The notes beneath the pieces are model-generated. The model saw nothing but the letters and a program-made list of their open reading frames with translations. It searched no databases and was not told the DNA's origin. A program made the translations under genes and the position numbers. Shown piece by piece: positions 1-10,645 of a stretch of 64,000 bases of DNA. Location: NCBI GenBank assembly GCA_030390025.1, contig CM059430.1, positions 73,098,001 to 73,162,000 on the forward strand, in the 5' to 3' direction. The DNA comes from Squalus acanthias. Taxonomy: Eukaryota. Each line of letters starts with the position of its first letter. Position 1 is the first letter of the stretch.

Positions 1-184
1 GCCACCCTGGCCACCTTCCCTCGTGGAAGTAGATGGCGAGCGCCTCAACTCCCCGCTCGCCAGACCCTGCGGTGACGACTGGTGCTCTCACTCCTGAGCA
101 CCCATAGATGTGGGAGTCCTCCACGTCACCTCGGTCACCGATGCTCACCCCTACCAGGGTGAACAGGAGCAAAAACCTTGTCAT
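1..184 (-). CDS. env-like ORF N-terminus with signal peptide (MTRFLLLFTLVGVSIG-DRGDVEDSHIYGCSG...), runs off the window
   Basis: ATG at 184, 13 nt after acceptor TTTTGTGTGTGCCCCTACAG| (AG at 199-198). Open to the window edge and downstream of pol, where env would sit. Confidence 0.55.
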   Translation of the reverse strand, partial: MTRFLLLFTLVGVSIGDRGDVEDSHIYGCSGVRAPVVTAGSGERGVEALAIYFHEGRWPGW

Positions 185-930
185 CCTGAATTCCTTTCTG
201 TAGGGGCACACACAAAACATATATCCATGTCCCAGACAGGTTCTCTGGCTGGATAATTAATCAAGCACTTAAACTTAAAAAAATCTACAAACAACTAAAC
301 TAATGATAACCATAACCACCGAAACTGCAATTACTTAAAACCGAAAATTCTGTACATTTGCCGCTGTCTCCGGACGGCCAGTTTAAATCCTGTTCCGTCT
401 CTGCCTTATGTGGCCTCTGGATGGCTTGTACACCTGGGTGTAGTGCAGCCTGTACCGCCGGACCCAGAAGGCCTTCCTCAAAACCGCTGGGGTTTCTTAA
501 CATCCCAGCTGCGTCATGTGCTGCAGCACACTACGCCCTTTTGTGTGGCTGCCGCGCCCTCGTTCATATCTGTGGGCTCCTCCCAGCCTGAGGCTGCGGG
601 CGGGGGACCCTTCTCTCTCTCTTCTTCCAGAACTACCTCTCCTGTCAAACCCTCACTGTTGGAGGCTGTAGGCTGGGAATCCCCAACTTTAGAACGCTCC
701 CTGCTCTTGGGGGCTCTTTTTCGGGATGTAACCCTCTTTGGGTGGGACCCTCTAAACATATACACCTGTGGCCACAGTAGCCTTTGCTGTGGTGTGCGGG
801 GAGACCTTCTTAGGGCTCTGGCCACTGGGGGCCTGCTTGAGTCGCACATATTCGGTGGAGTGACCTCTCCTGTGCAAAAACACACTGTCCCTCCCGTTGC
901 AGCTTGTGCGTCTGCCACAGCTGCTGCTGG

Positions 931-1590
931 CTAAGGATATCTAACTTGGGGGCCAAGCAGCTTTGCCGGCTGTTCCCTTTTATGTTTAAACAGTTTGCAT
1001 TGGTCAATCTCCCACCCGTGGATTCGCTGGGGTTCTAACAGCAGCCGATTTTTCTGGTACTGGCTCCCCAGCTTACTGGCTGCTTGCCAGAGAACCTGTT
1101 TAAAAATCTCGTCCTCTGCCCTGAACGGACCTACTAGGGACTCCACACTCTCTCTCTTTACCAGGCCGGCCTTAAAGACGGGATTCTGGGCTTGGACCTG
1201 CTTTAAGTCCGGGGGCAAAGCTACTCCCTGTGTGCCTCCCTTGTCCCGGATTGCAGCTACCGGACCTGCTTTATAGTGATCCCATAACTCTCCTTCCCTG
1301 GCCCGCTGCTTAACCAACTTGTCGGCCTTTTGGTTACCCTCCCACGTGGTATGGAGGGATCCTAAATCTATGTCCAAAGGTTTGGACCTTGCCCCAGCCT
1401 GCTCGTTCCCTTTGATTCCCATTAAATTGTAGGGGACCCCGTTAAACCTGGGTGAATTGGACAGGTCTTCTGAAAGGACCACATTGCTAGCAGCTCCGGT
1501 GTCCACCAAACATCTCCCCTGCACTTTCTCCAACCACTTCTTAACATCGTATCCCGGGGAACACAGGTAGACAGGCTGCGCTGGTTCCAG
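931..1590 (-). pseudogene. Retroviral pro-pol remnant: aspartic protease fused to RNase H end and integrase-like tail; RT missing
   Basis: ORF 931..1533 extends upstream to the gag stop. DTGA at about 1503-1492 and GNQKADKLVK from about 1338, only about 50 codons apart, so RT and most of RNase H are deleted. Confidence 0.7.
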
Positions 1591-1672
1591 TCATATGTCT
1601 GCGTTAGGGGAGGGGGGGGCAGATGGGATTAATGCACCACTAGCTACCTTCCCTGGACCACCAAACAGGACC

Positions 1673-2302
1673 TAAGAACATAAGAACATAAGAAATAGCA
1701 GCAGGAGTAGGCCAATTGGCCCCTCGAGCCTGCTCCGCCATTCAATAAGTCATGGCTGATCTGATCCTAACCGCCAATCTACTGTCACAGAACCATCTCC
1801 TGAACCTAACAGAATTGGACACACGAAATAGGAGCAGGATCAGGCTACACGGCCCCTGGGCCCGCTACATCACCCACAGGGCCATGACCAATCCGAACCT
1901 AGACTCATGTCCAAATTCCTGCCCGCTCCCCGTAACCCTTAATTCCCTTTACTTCTAGGAAACTGTCTATTCCTGTTTTAAATTTATGTAATGATGTAGC
2001 TTCTACAGCTTTTTGGGGCAGCATATTCCATGGAACTACCACCCTCTGAGTGAAGTAGTTCCTTCTCATCTCAGTTTTGAAAGAGCAGCCCCTTATTCTA
2101 AGACTATGCCCCCTAGTTCTAGTTTCACCCATCATCGGGAACATCCTCCCCGCATCCAACCGATCCAACCCCTTCACAATCTTATATGTTTCAATAAGAT
2201 CGCCTCTCATTCTTCTGAACTCCAATGAGTATAGTCCCAATCTACCCAACCTCTCCTCACTTGTCCATCCCCCCATCCCCTCATCCCCGGGATTAACCGA
2301 GT
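1673..2302 (-). mobile_element. CR1-clade LINE (HER1-type) 3' fragment, young subfamily
   Basis: RT C-terminus ...LGLYSLEFRRMRGDLIETYKI...GYGERAGIWT and (TAAGAACA)n terminal repeat. Near-identical to the copies at 54881 and 58640. Confidence 0.9.
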
Positions 2303-2683
2303 CGTCGTTGGCTTGTTCACAGATGTGATTTCCAGTAAAAGAAAGTAACAATTTTAAAGTTTATGGTTTTCCATACAGACTGCATTTGACACATTAAACC
2401 CCCTGTGACCCCATCTCCTTTTCTTAGTTGTATCTTGCTATGTCTTTGATGTGGTGCCTTCCTGGCTGACATGATTGTTTCTCTGCCGAGGTGTGACGAA
2501 AGGCAGTCAGAAGGATTAAATGTAGTCGTCTGACATTGTACGCTACACATGCATTGTTCTCTGTCTATATATGCTTTGCCGATTCGTATTCCTTCACTTC
2601 ACCTGATTAAGGGGCAGCAGCTCCGAAAGCTTGTGATTTCAAATAAAACTGTTGGACTTTAACCTGGTGTTATGCGACTTCTC
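2303..2683 (+). mobile_element. Penelope-like element pseudo-LTR remnant with a degenerate minimal hammerhead motif
   Basis: TCACCTGATTAAGGGGCAGCAGCTCCGAAAGCTTGTGA followed by AATAAA, typical of PLE termini. Confidence 0.55.
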
Positions 2684-2689
2684 AAAAAT

Positions 2690-3278
2690 ACCCTTGAGAT
2701 CGGACGCCTACCCTGGAGAAGGGCCTCTGCGGTTGGAAAGTTCCGCTATCTGCAGAACCTCCGCCCGATGAAATCACTTAAAAATCTACCATAAGAGTTT
2801 TTAAAAAGGAAAACAAAATAACGTTTTTTTCACTCATTTTTACTTTTAAAAAAGGTCAATTTATTTTTAGCCCCGTAAAAAGCTTTAATTATATATTTTT
2901 TTTAATGATGTTTTTGTAAAAAATATATAGTTTAATGTAATTTTAACTCATTTTAAAAAGGTGATGTGTTTTTAAAAATGTATTTAATATTTTTTAAGTC
3001 TTTTTCAGTGATCCCCATTTATAATTTTGATAGGTCTATCTGTCAAAAGTATGAAGGGGGATTCCCTTCTCACATTGGCACGCCTGGCCCACATGATCTC
3101 AGAGGCGCTTGCGAACCGCATGCATCCCTGGGTACGTGGGCCCTGCGCATTTCGTCGTGGAGTGTCCCAGGATCGGAAATGTCCGGAACTCAGTATCCCT
3201 CAGGTAAGGGCATAGATTTTTCTTCCCGATAGGAGGCATCGGCACGCAGGAAACCTCCTATCGGAAATCTCGGGTCTA
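2690..3278. mobile_element. Non-autonomous DNA-transposon-like (MITE) repeat: GC-rich ends, AT-rich core
   Basis: Same architecture as 16559..17318 and 5288..5762. Confidence 0.5.
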
Positions 3279-3769
3279 TAGATTTCATTTTCTGCCGATC
3301 AGACGTACACGATTAATTTTAGTGGCCGATTGCCTTCAGTCTCAATTGTTTACCGGTATTTTTAGGCATATTACTAAGGCCTTGGCTGCTTCATTTTCAA
3401 GAAAATTATACCAGGCAAATTAGCACAATAATAAAATATGTACAGGCATCAGTGGCTCTGTACAATGTTTCATTTCGTACTTCTGAGTTAGACTAGCAGT
3501 TGATAGCTTTGGTTTGTGCAATGGTTTGAAGGGACCCACAAGGAATGTATGCAAACATGAAGAGCAAAATTTAGGTTTTGGGCATAATAGTAGTAAATGG
3601 CGTACATTGGACGTCATGCATACATTAAGTTAGCCTAAATGACTAATCGCAGCTGGTCATTGTCACATATCATATCTCTGCTGACACAGAAGATGACATC
3701 CTTGAGAAGTCCAGTAAGGCAGGGCAGATCGCATAGAAAGCAGACTCCAGGTAGCTGTGTAAGATTCTC

Positions 3770-4890
3770 AAAATTCACAGATCCCCCTAAATTCTGAGGA
3801 AAACCCTAGGGAAAAATACTTTGGACTCTTTTCAAGCTATTTCGGGTGGTGAAATGCATTGGCCCTAACCGATGGACATTTTAGAGCAAAAAGCAAGATT
3901 TGATATTTTAAAAGACATGTCTGGACTTGTAAGGGAGGAAAGGCTGCAACAGGAGTTGGGGTCAATCTCCGATAAAGACAGTTTGGGTATTGGAGCTAAC
4001 GGAAACTGTCTGGTGAACCGCATGACCTCGCTGGGAGTTTAAATCGGCCTCTATCAAACATTAACATCCTAATAATAAACCCGAGGTAAAACAGTCTCCA
4101 CCCCAAGTTACAGAGCTCATTAAAACATGCATAAAACAGATCACTTCGGCTTACTCTATAGAAATCCTAGGCCCAGTCAAGAAAAACAAAAACATAAGGA
4201 CAATCAACTATGATTAAGTGGCAAACCGACAGGATGGGGCCATCCCGGAACAACTGCACACATTAACAAACAAGTTACCGTTGACGAGCCCGCCAAAATC
4301 TAACAAAGACCGGGCATGAATTGGCGCGCAGATAAGGGGGCTTCAATGGGTATAATTAAAGGCCCGTTCTCAACCTGAAAAGGAAGAAGCGGAAGGAAGA
4401 ACAACAAGACATCCACGGAGGCATTCTCTGCAACACAGTTCTACAACACCACCATACACCGTTCCATGTCCAGCCAGGAGGTCGACAGCTCGAAGGCCAG
4501 ACCATCCAACAAACTAGGCCGACACGTGGAAGAAAATAGAACGAACGTCTCAGTGACCATCGGACACCTCGCGGCAACAAGGCCCTTATGAAACAACCAA
4601 CCGAACACCAAGTACCAATATTTGGGCCACCGCGAAGAAAAACCGAAGACCCGCAAAGTTTGCACTCTACAATCTACCCCTGACTTACCCCTGGGTAAGA
4701 TTTTCCCTTAAAAAACTCTAAACCCTACTCCTAACCAAGGAAATGTGGGTACTCACCTGATAAATCCAATACGCACCATACCGCATCAGCGGACTCGCAA
4801 AGACTGACCAGATACGCAGTTGAAGTCCTCTACCACGTACGGGGTATGGCAGACACCAACCGACATATAGAGCCAACCCCAAAACCGCAA
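3770..4890 (+). mobile_element. Highly decayed LTR-retrotransposon gag-like region
   Basis: Stop-riddled frame FTDPPKF*GKP*GKILWTLFKLF...W resembles the PxxFxG...W pattern of Ty3/Gypsy gag. A/C-rich and adjacent to an LTR-like repeat. Confidence 0.3.
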
Positions 4891-4901
4891 ACTAACCTAA
4901 C

Positions 4902-5235
4902 TGTCAAGGATTCTGGTGAATATCATCCCTGGTCCTCTGGAGCCCAACTTAGCTAATGAAGTGGGATTGGGAGGGGAGAAGTATTCTTCTAATGTAATTT
5001 CCCTCGCTTGTACAGAAGTGTTCCCAACTTTTAAAGTGTTAAGAGTGTTTTTGTTGTGTTTTACTTTCTTGAATAAAGATCAAAGTTCTTGCATTAAACC
5101 CAGTTGTCTGCTGCACGTTTTGTCACAACCCTCAAGTGAGTCCAAGGTCTTGAACTAAGGGAGTTGGAGCAATTCGAACTGCTCAGCAGTCAGAGGTGAA
5201 GCTGACACAAATCACCACCCCCTACAGCTGTGACA
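4902..5235 (+). mobile_element. LTR-like sequence
   Basis: TGTCA...TGACA termini and AATAAA at 5072-5077. No target-site duplication seen. Confidence 0.5.
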
Positions 5236-5287
5236 GCTTACAATTAAACGTAAACCAAACGAAATTAGAAACTCGCAAAGTGTGATT

Positions 5288-5860
5288 TGGGCCGTATTTT
5301 GCGACCTCTACGGGTGCGTACGAGGTGCGTATGCGGCCGTAGGGGCCGCGAAAGTTCCGTGTTTAGGCATGTGAAGAGCATGCGCTTAAACCCGGAACTT
5401 GCGATCTGTCAAGAATCCTCTTGACAGATCCTCCGTATCCCCGGCAGATATTCCTCTGCGGGTGGAGATTTGCGCTATGTGCCCAACTTCAACCGGCTGA
5501 ATGCCCGCATGAGAGTTTTAAAAAACAGAAAAATAATATTTTATCACACATTTATAGATTAAAAACCCTGTCCATGAGGCAAGTTTATTTTTCCCCCCGT
5601 TAAAACATATAATTTTTCCAAAAAACATTTTATGTTTAAAATATTTATTTAAATGGCGTATTAATTACATTTAAATATGTATTTTTTTATTTATTTCGTG
5701 TGTTCGTGTATTTTTAAGTGATCCCATTCATGCTTATGGGAGTTCTGTACGTACGGAACTACCTGAAACGTTGGTGACCTGAAAGGTTAACTCTGTTTCT
5801 CTCTCCACAGATGCTGCCTGACCTGCTGAGTATTTGCAGCATGTTCTGTTTTTATTTACT
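5288..5860. mobile_element. Truncated MITE-like repeat followed by a Penelope-type terminal fragment (5763-5860)
   Basis: GC-rich palindromic start with AT core, then GACCTGAAAGGTTAACTCTGTTTCTCTCTCCACAGATGCTGCCTGACCTGCTGAGT. Confidence 0.5.
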
Positions 5861-6084
5861 CTAACAGACTGTCTGCTATGAGTGCATAGACGTATATAGA
5901 TTGCTTGCTTGTTATGATTGATTATACTTATTTTTTAAATAAAGTATTACAGTTGCTCTCACTGCAGTCATTGACTTATTAATTAAGTGATTTTATGAAT
6001 CGAGATCTTACAGTGGTGACCAGCCATGAGTCTAATAGCAACTTTTCCTTTCCTGAGTCATAAGAGGACAATACTTGTAAGCAG

Positions 6085-7385
6085 AAGTGTAGACAAGCAA
6101 CTCTTACTCACCAATAACCTTCTAACTAATGCTTCGTTTAGGTTCCGCCAGGAACACTCTGCTCCAGACGTTATTACAGCCTTGGTCCTAACATGGACAA
6201 AGGAGCTGAATTCCAGAGGTGAGGTGAGAGTGACTGCTCTTGACATCAAGGCAGCATTTGACCGAGTGTGGCATCAAGGAGCCCCAGTAAAATTGAAGTC
6301 AATGGGAATCATGGGGTAAACTCTTCACTGACTGGATTCATACCTAGCTGGAATAAAGATGGTTGTGGTTGTTTGAGGCCAAATAACTCAGCCCCAGGAT
6401 ATCGCTGCAGCAGTTCTTCAGGGCAATGTCCTAGCGACCCCGCCCCACCCCATCCTCAGCTGCTTCATCAATGACCTTCCCTCCATAATAATGTCAGAAG
6501 TGGGGATGTTCGCTGATGATTGCACGGTGTTCATTTCCATTCGCAACTCCTCAGATAATGAAGCAGTCCGTGCCGTATGCAACAAGACCTGGACGACATT
6601 CAGGCTTGAGCTGATAAGTGGCAAGCAACATTCGCGCCACACAAGTGTCAGACAATGGCTATCTCCACCAAGAGAGAGTCTAACCACTTCTCCTTGACAT
6701 TCAACGGCTTAACTATTGCTGAATCCCTCACCATCAACATCCTGGCTCTCATGACCAGAAATTTAACTGGACCAGCCACATAAATACCGTGGCTACACGA
6801 GCAGGTCAGAGGTTGGGTATTCTGTGGCGAGTGACTCATTTTATGACTCCCCACAGCATTTCCAACATCTGCAAGGCACAAACCAGGAGTATAATGGAAT
6901 ACTCTCCTCTTGCCTGGATGAGTGCAGCTCCAACAGCACTCAAGTTTCTTAATCTATCCAGGACAAAGCAGCCTGCTTGATTGGCACCCCGTCCACCACC
7001 TTAAGCATTCACTCCCTCCGGCACACCTTGTCTGCAGTATGTACCATCTACAAACACTGCAGCAACTCGTCAAAGCTTCATCTACATCAGCTCTCAAACT
7101 CGTGACTTCCACCACCTAGAAGGACAAGGGCAGCAGGCGCATGGGAACAAAACCGCCTGCAGGTTCCACTCCAAGTCACACACCATTCTAACTTGGAAAT
7201 ATATCGTCGTTATTTCATCGTAGCTGGGTCAAAATCATGAAACCCCCTCCCTAACAGCACTGTAGGAATACAATCATAACACGGACTGCAGCGGTTTAAG
7301 AAGGCAGCTCACCACCTCAAGTGTCAATAGAACAATAGGGCAATAAAGTATGGCCTCGCCAGCGACACCCACATCCCACGAATGA
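6085..7385 (+). mobile_element. CR1-group LINE family B, RT 3' part (decayed)
   Basis: ALDIKAAFDRVWHQG, MFADD and MEYSPLAWMSAAPT motifs with frameshifts; 3' end CCCACATCCCACGAATGA. Confidence 0.85.
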
Positions 7386-10300
7386 GTGCAAAAGTACTTT
7401 GCATCTGTCTTCACAAAAGTAAACGATACTGCCAATATCACAGTAAAGTCCGAGGGGAGAGCTGCATTGGCTGGCAAAATAATAGACAAATATAAGGTAC
7501 ATAAACGTTTGGCAGTGCTCAAAATAAAATATTTACGCAGTCGGGCTGAGATGCATCCTACGATGCTGAGGGAGGTAGGGTAAGAAATAACGGATGCTTT
7601 GCCCACAATCTTCCAGTTCTCCTTGGATTTGGGAAAGGTGACAGAGTACTGGAGGGTTGCGACTGTTACACTCTTGTAATAAAAGGGGAGAGGGATAAAC
7701 CCATTAACTACAGGCCAGTCAGTCTAACGTCGATGCTGATGATTCTTCGAGGTTCCAGAAGCCGGTGAAAACTTATTTTCGCTTGGAAAAGTATTGGTTA
7801 ATAAATGACATGCAAAGCGGATTTGTGAAACGCAAATCATGTCGAATCGTAGAAGCATAGAATATTACAGCACAGAAGGAGGCCATTTTGTCCATCGAGT
7901 CTGCGTTGTTTTGTTCGAAGAGCAATCCAGCAATCCCACTTCCCCACTGTTTCCCATGTGCCTGCAGTTTTTTTTCCTCTTTCAAGTATTTCTCGAATAC
8001 ACTTTTGAAAGCTACTGATGTATCTGATTCCACCACCCTGTAAGGCAGTGCATTCCAAATCCTAACCAGTCGTTTCTTATAAAATGTTTCCCCATTCCGC
8101 CTCTGGTTCTTTTGCCAATCACCTTAAATCTGTGGCCTTTGATTATGAATCCTGCAGCCACTGGAAACAGTTTCTCATTATTTACTCTATCGAAACCCTT
8201 CATGATTTGTAATACCTCTATTTCATCGCCTGTTAACCTTATCTCCTCTACGGAGAACAGCCATAATTTCTCCAGTCTATCCACGAAACGGTATGCCTCA
8301 TCCCTTGTACCATTTTAGTAAATCTCTTCTGTCCCCTCTCCAAAGCCCTCACATCCTTCCTAAAGTGTGGTCCCTAGATTTGGACACAATACTCCAGTTG
8401 GGGCCGAAGCAATATTTTCTTTAGGTTGAGCAAACCTTATTGGCTAATTAATCTATGCCTATTTATTAAGCCCAAGATCCCATATACTTTATTAACTGCA
8501 ATATTAACCTATCCTGCCACCTTCAAGTATATGTGCACAAACACTACCAGGTCTCTCTGTTCTTGCACCCATTTTAAAATTGTACCATTTAGCTTCTGTT
8601 GTCTCTCCTCATTCTTCCGTTCAAAATGTATCACCTCGCAATTTTCTGATTTTAAATCCATCAGCCATGTGTCCGTCCATGCCACCAGCTTGTCTATGTT
8701 GTCTTGCAGTCTATTACTACATACCCCGCTTTTTGCAACACTTCCAAATTTCGTGCCATCTGCAAATTTCGAAATTTTGCCCTTTACCCCTAAGTCCAAG
8801 TCCAATGTATTTCATGTGGTTCTCGTACTGAAACCTGCGAAACACCAATGTATCAGACCCTCCAGTCCGAAAATACAGTGATTTTCCACAACTATCTGTT
8901 TTCTAGAAGTCAGCCAATGTTGTATCCATGCTGCTACTGCCGCTTTTATCCTATGGGCTTCAATTTTGTTATTATGTCGCACTTTGAAAGTCCTTATACA
9001 CAACATCAACTGCACAGGGGGAAAGGAAGGACATCCAAAGCTACAGCTCGCAGGATGACTACAGATATAGCGGTTCAGAAAAATGTGGTTCATGATAAAT
9101 GTAGTGTTCATATTTCAGTAGAGAACCAAACTGAATACAACAAGTACCGTCGATAACTGAAAAGGGATACAATAGGTAAAGAGAACGTATGAGAATAGAT
9201 TAGCATGTAACATAAAAGGAACCCAGAAGTCTTTCATCAATATATAAATGGTAAACGGGTAATCCAGAGCAGGATGGGATCGATTCGGGACCAAAAGGTG
9301 ATCTCCTTGTGGAGTCAGAGAGTATGGCTGAGGTACTAATGTAATACTTGCATCTGTATTGACTGAAGAAGATTTTGCTGCCAATATCACAGTAAAGAAG
9401 TAGGTAGTAAGAAAAATGTCGTTGCATAAAATATATAAAGAGGAGATTCTTAAAAGTTTGGCAGCGCTCATAGTAGAAAAGTCTCTCGGCATGGGTCAGA
9501 TGCATGCTAGCGATTAAGGAGGAAATTATGGAGGCTCTGACTACAATCTACCAACCCTCCTTAGATACAGGGGTGATGCGAAAGCACTGGAGGTTTGCAA
9601 ATTTTACACGCCTGTTCAAAATGGTGAAGAGGGATAAACCCGACAATTACAAGGCAGTCGGCCTAACGGCGGTGATTAAGAAACTTCTAGAGCCATTAAT
9701 CTGGGACAAAATTAATTGCCATTTGAAAACTATGGGTTAATAAATGAAAGCCAGCATGGATTTATTAAAGGCAAACAGTGATTTACTTACTTGATTGAGT
9801 TTTTTGATGAATTAACGGAGATGGGTGAGGAAGGTACTGCGGTTGGTGTCGTATATATGTACTTTCAAAAGGCGTTTGATAAATTACCACGAAATAGAAT
9901 TGTTAACAAAATTGAAGCCCATGGCATTAACGGGGCAATGGCTTCCCGGATACGAAATCGGCTAACTGACAGAAGGCAGAGAGTGGTGGTGATCGATTGT
10001 TTTTCAGACAGAAACAAAGTGTGCAGTGGATTCCCTCAGAAGTCTGTGTTTTTGACCACCACTCTTTTTGATGTATATTAATAACCTGGACTTGGCTGTG
10101 CAGGCCATAATTTTAGAGTTTGCAGATGAAACGAAATTCTGAAATGTAGTAAGCAGTGAGGAGGATAGTAGCAGACTTCAAGAGAACATAGAGAGACTGG
10201 TGAAATTTTAAGACACATAAAAGATTACATTTAAAGCAGAGAACGGTGAAGCGATTCACTCTGATGGGTGGCGATACATAGTTAATGGTACAAATTCAAA

Positions 10301-10645
10301 GAGCTTATAGGAAAAGAGAGACCTGGGGCTGTACGTAGAGGTGTCTTTGAAGAAGGTGGGTTATATTTTGAAGGCTTTGATGAAGCCATACGGGATCCTT
10401 GGTTTGATAAATAGAGGGACAGAGCACTTTAGCAAGGAAGTTAATCTACACAGTTAAAAAAAAACATTGGTTAAGGTCCAGCTGGAGTATTGTAGTCTAT
10501 TCTGGCATCACACTTTAGAAAGGATGTCAAGGCCTTACAGATGGTGCAGAGAAGATTGTACTAGGGATGAAGTAATCAGTTATGTGGGGAGACTAGAAAA
10601 CTGGGCTAGTTCTCCTTAGAGCAGAGAAGTTTATAATGAGATTTG

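Larger units (their letters stand above)
1..1672 (-). mobile_element. Internally deleted endogenous retrovirus-like element (gag 3' end, pro, deleted pol, extra ORF, env-like start)
   Basis: gag end with PSAP, TGA-CTG in frame with protease LVDTGA, RNase H C-terminal GNQKAD, then a splice acceptor and a signal-peptide ORF. The 5' part is cut by the LINE at 1673. Confidence 0.75.
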
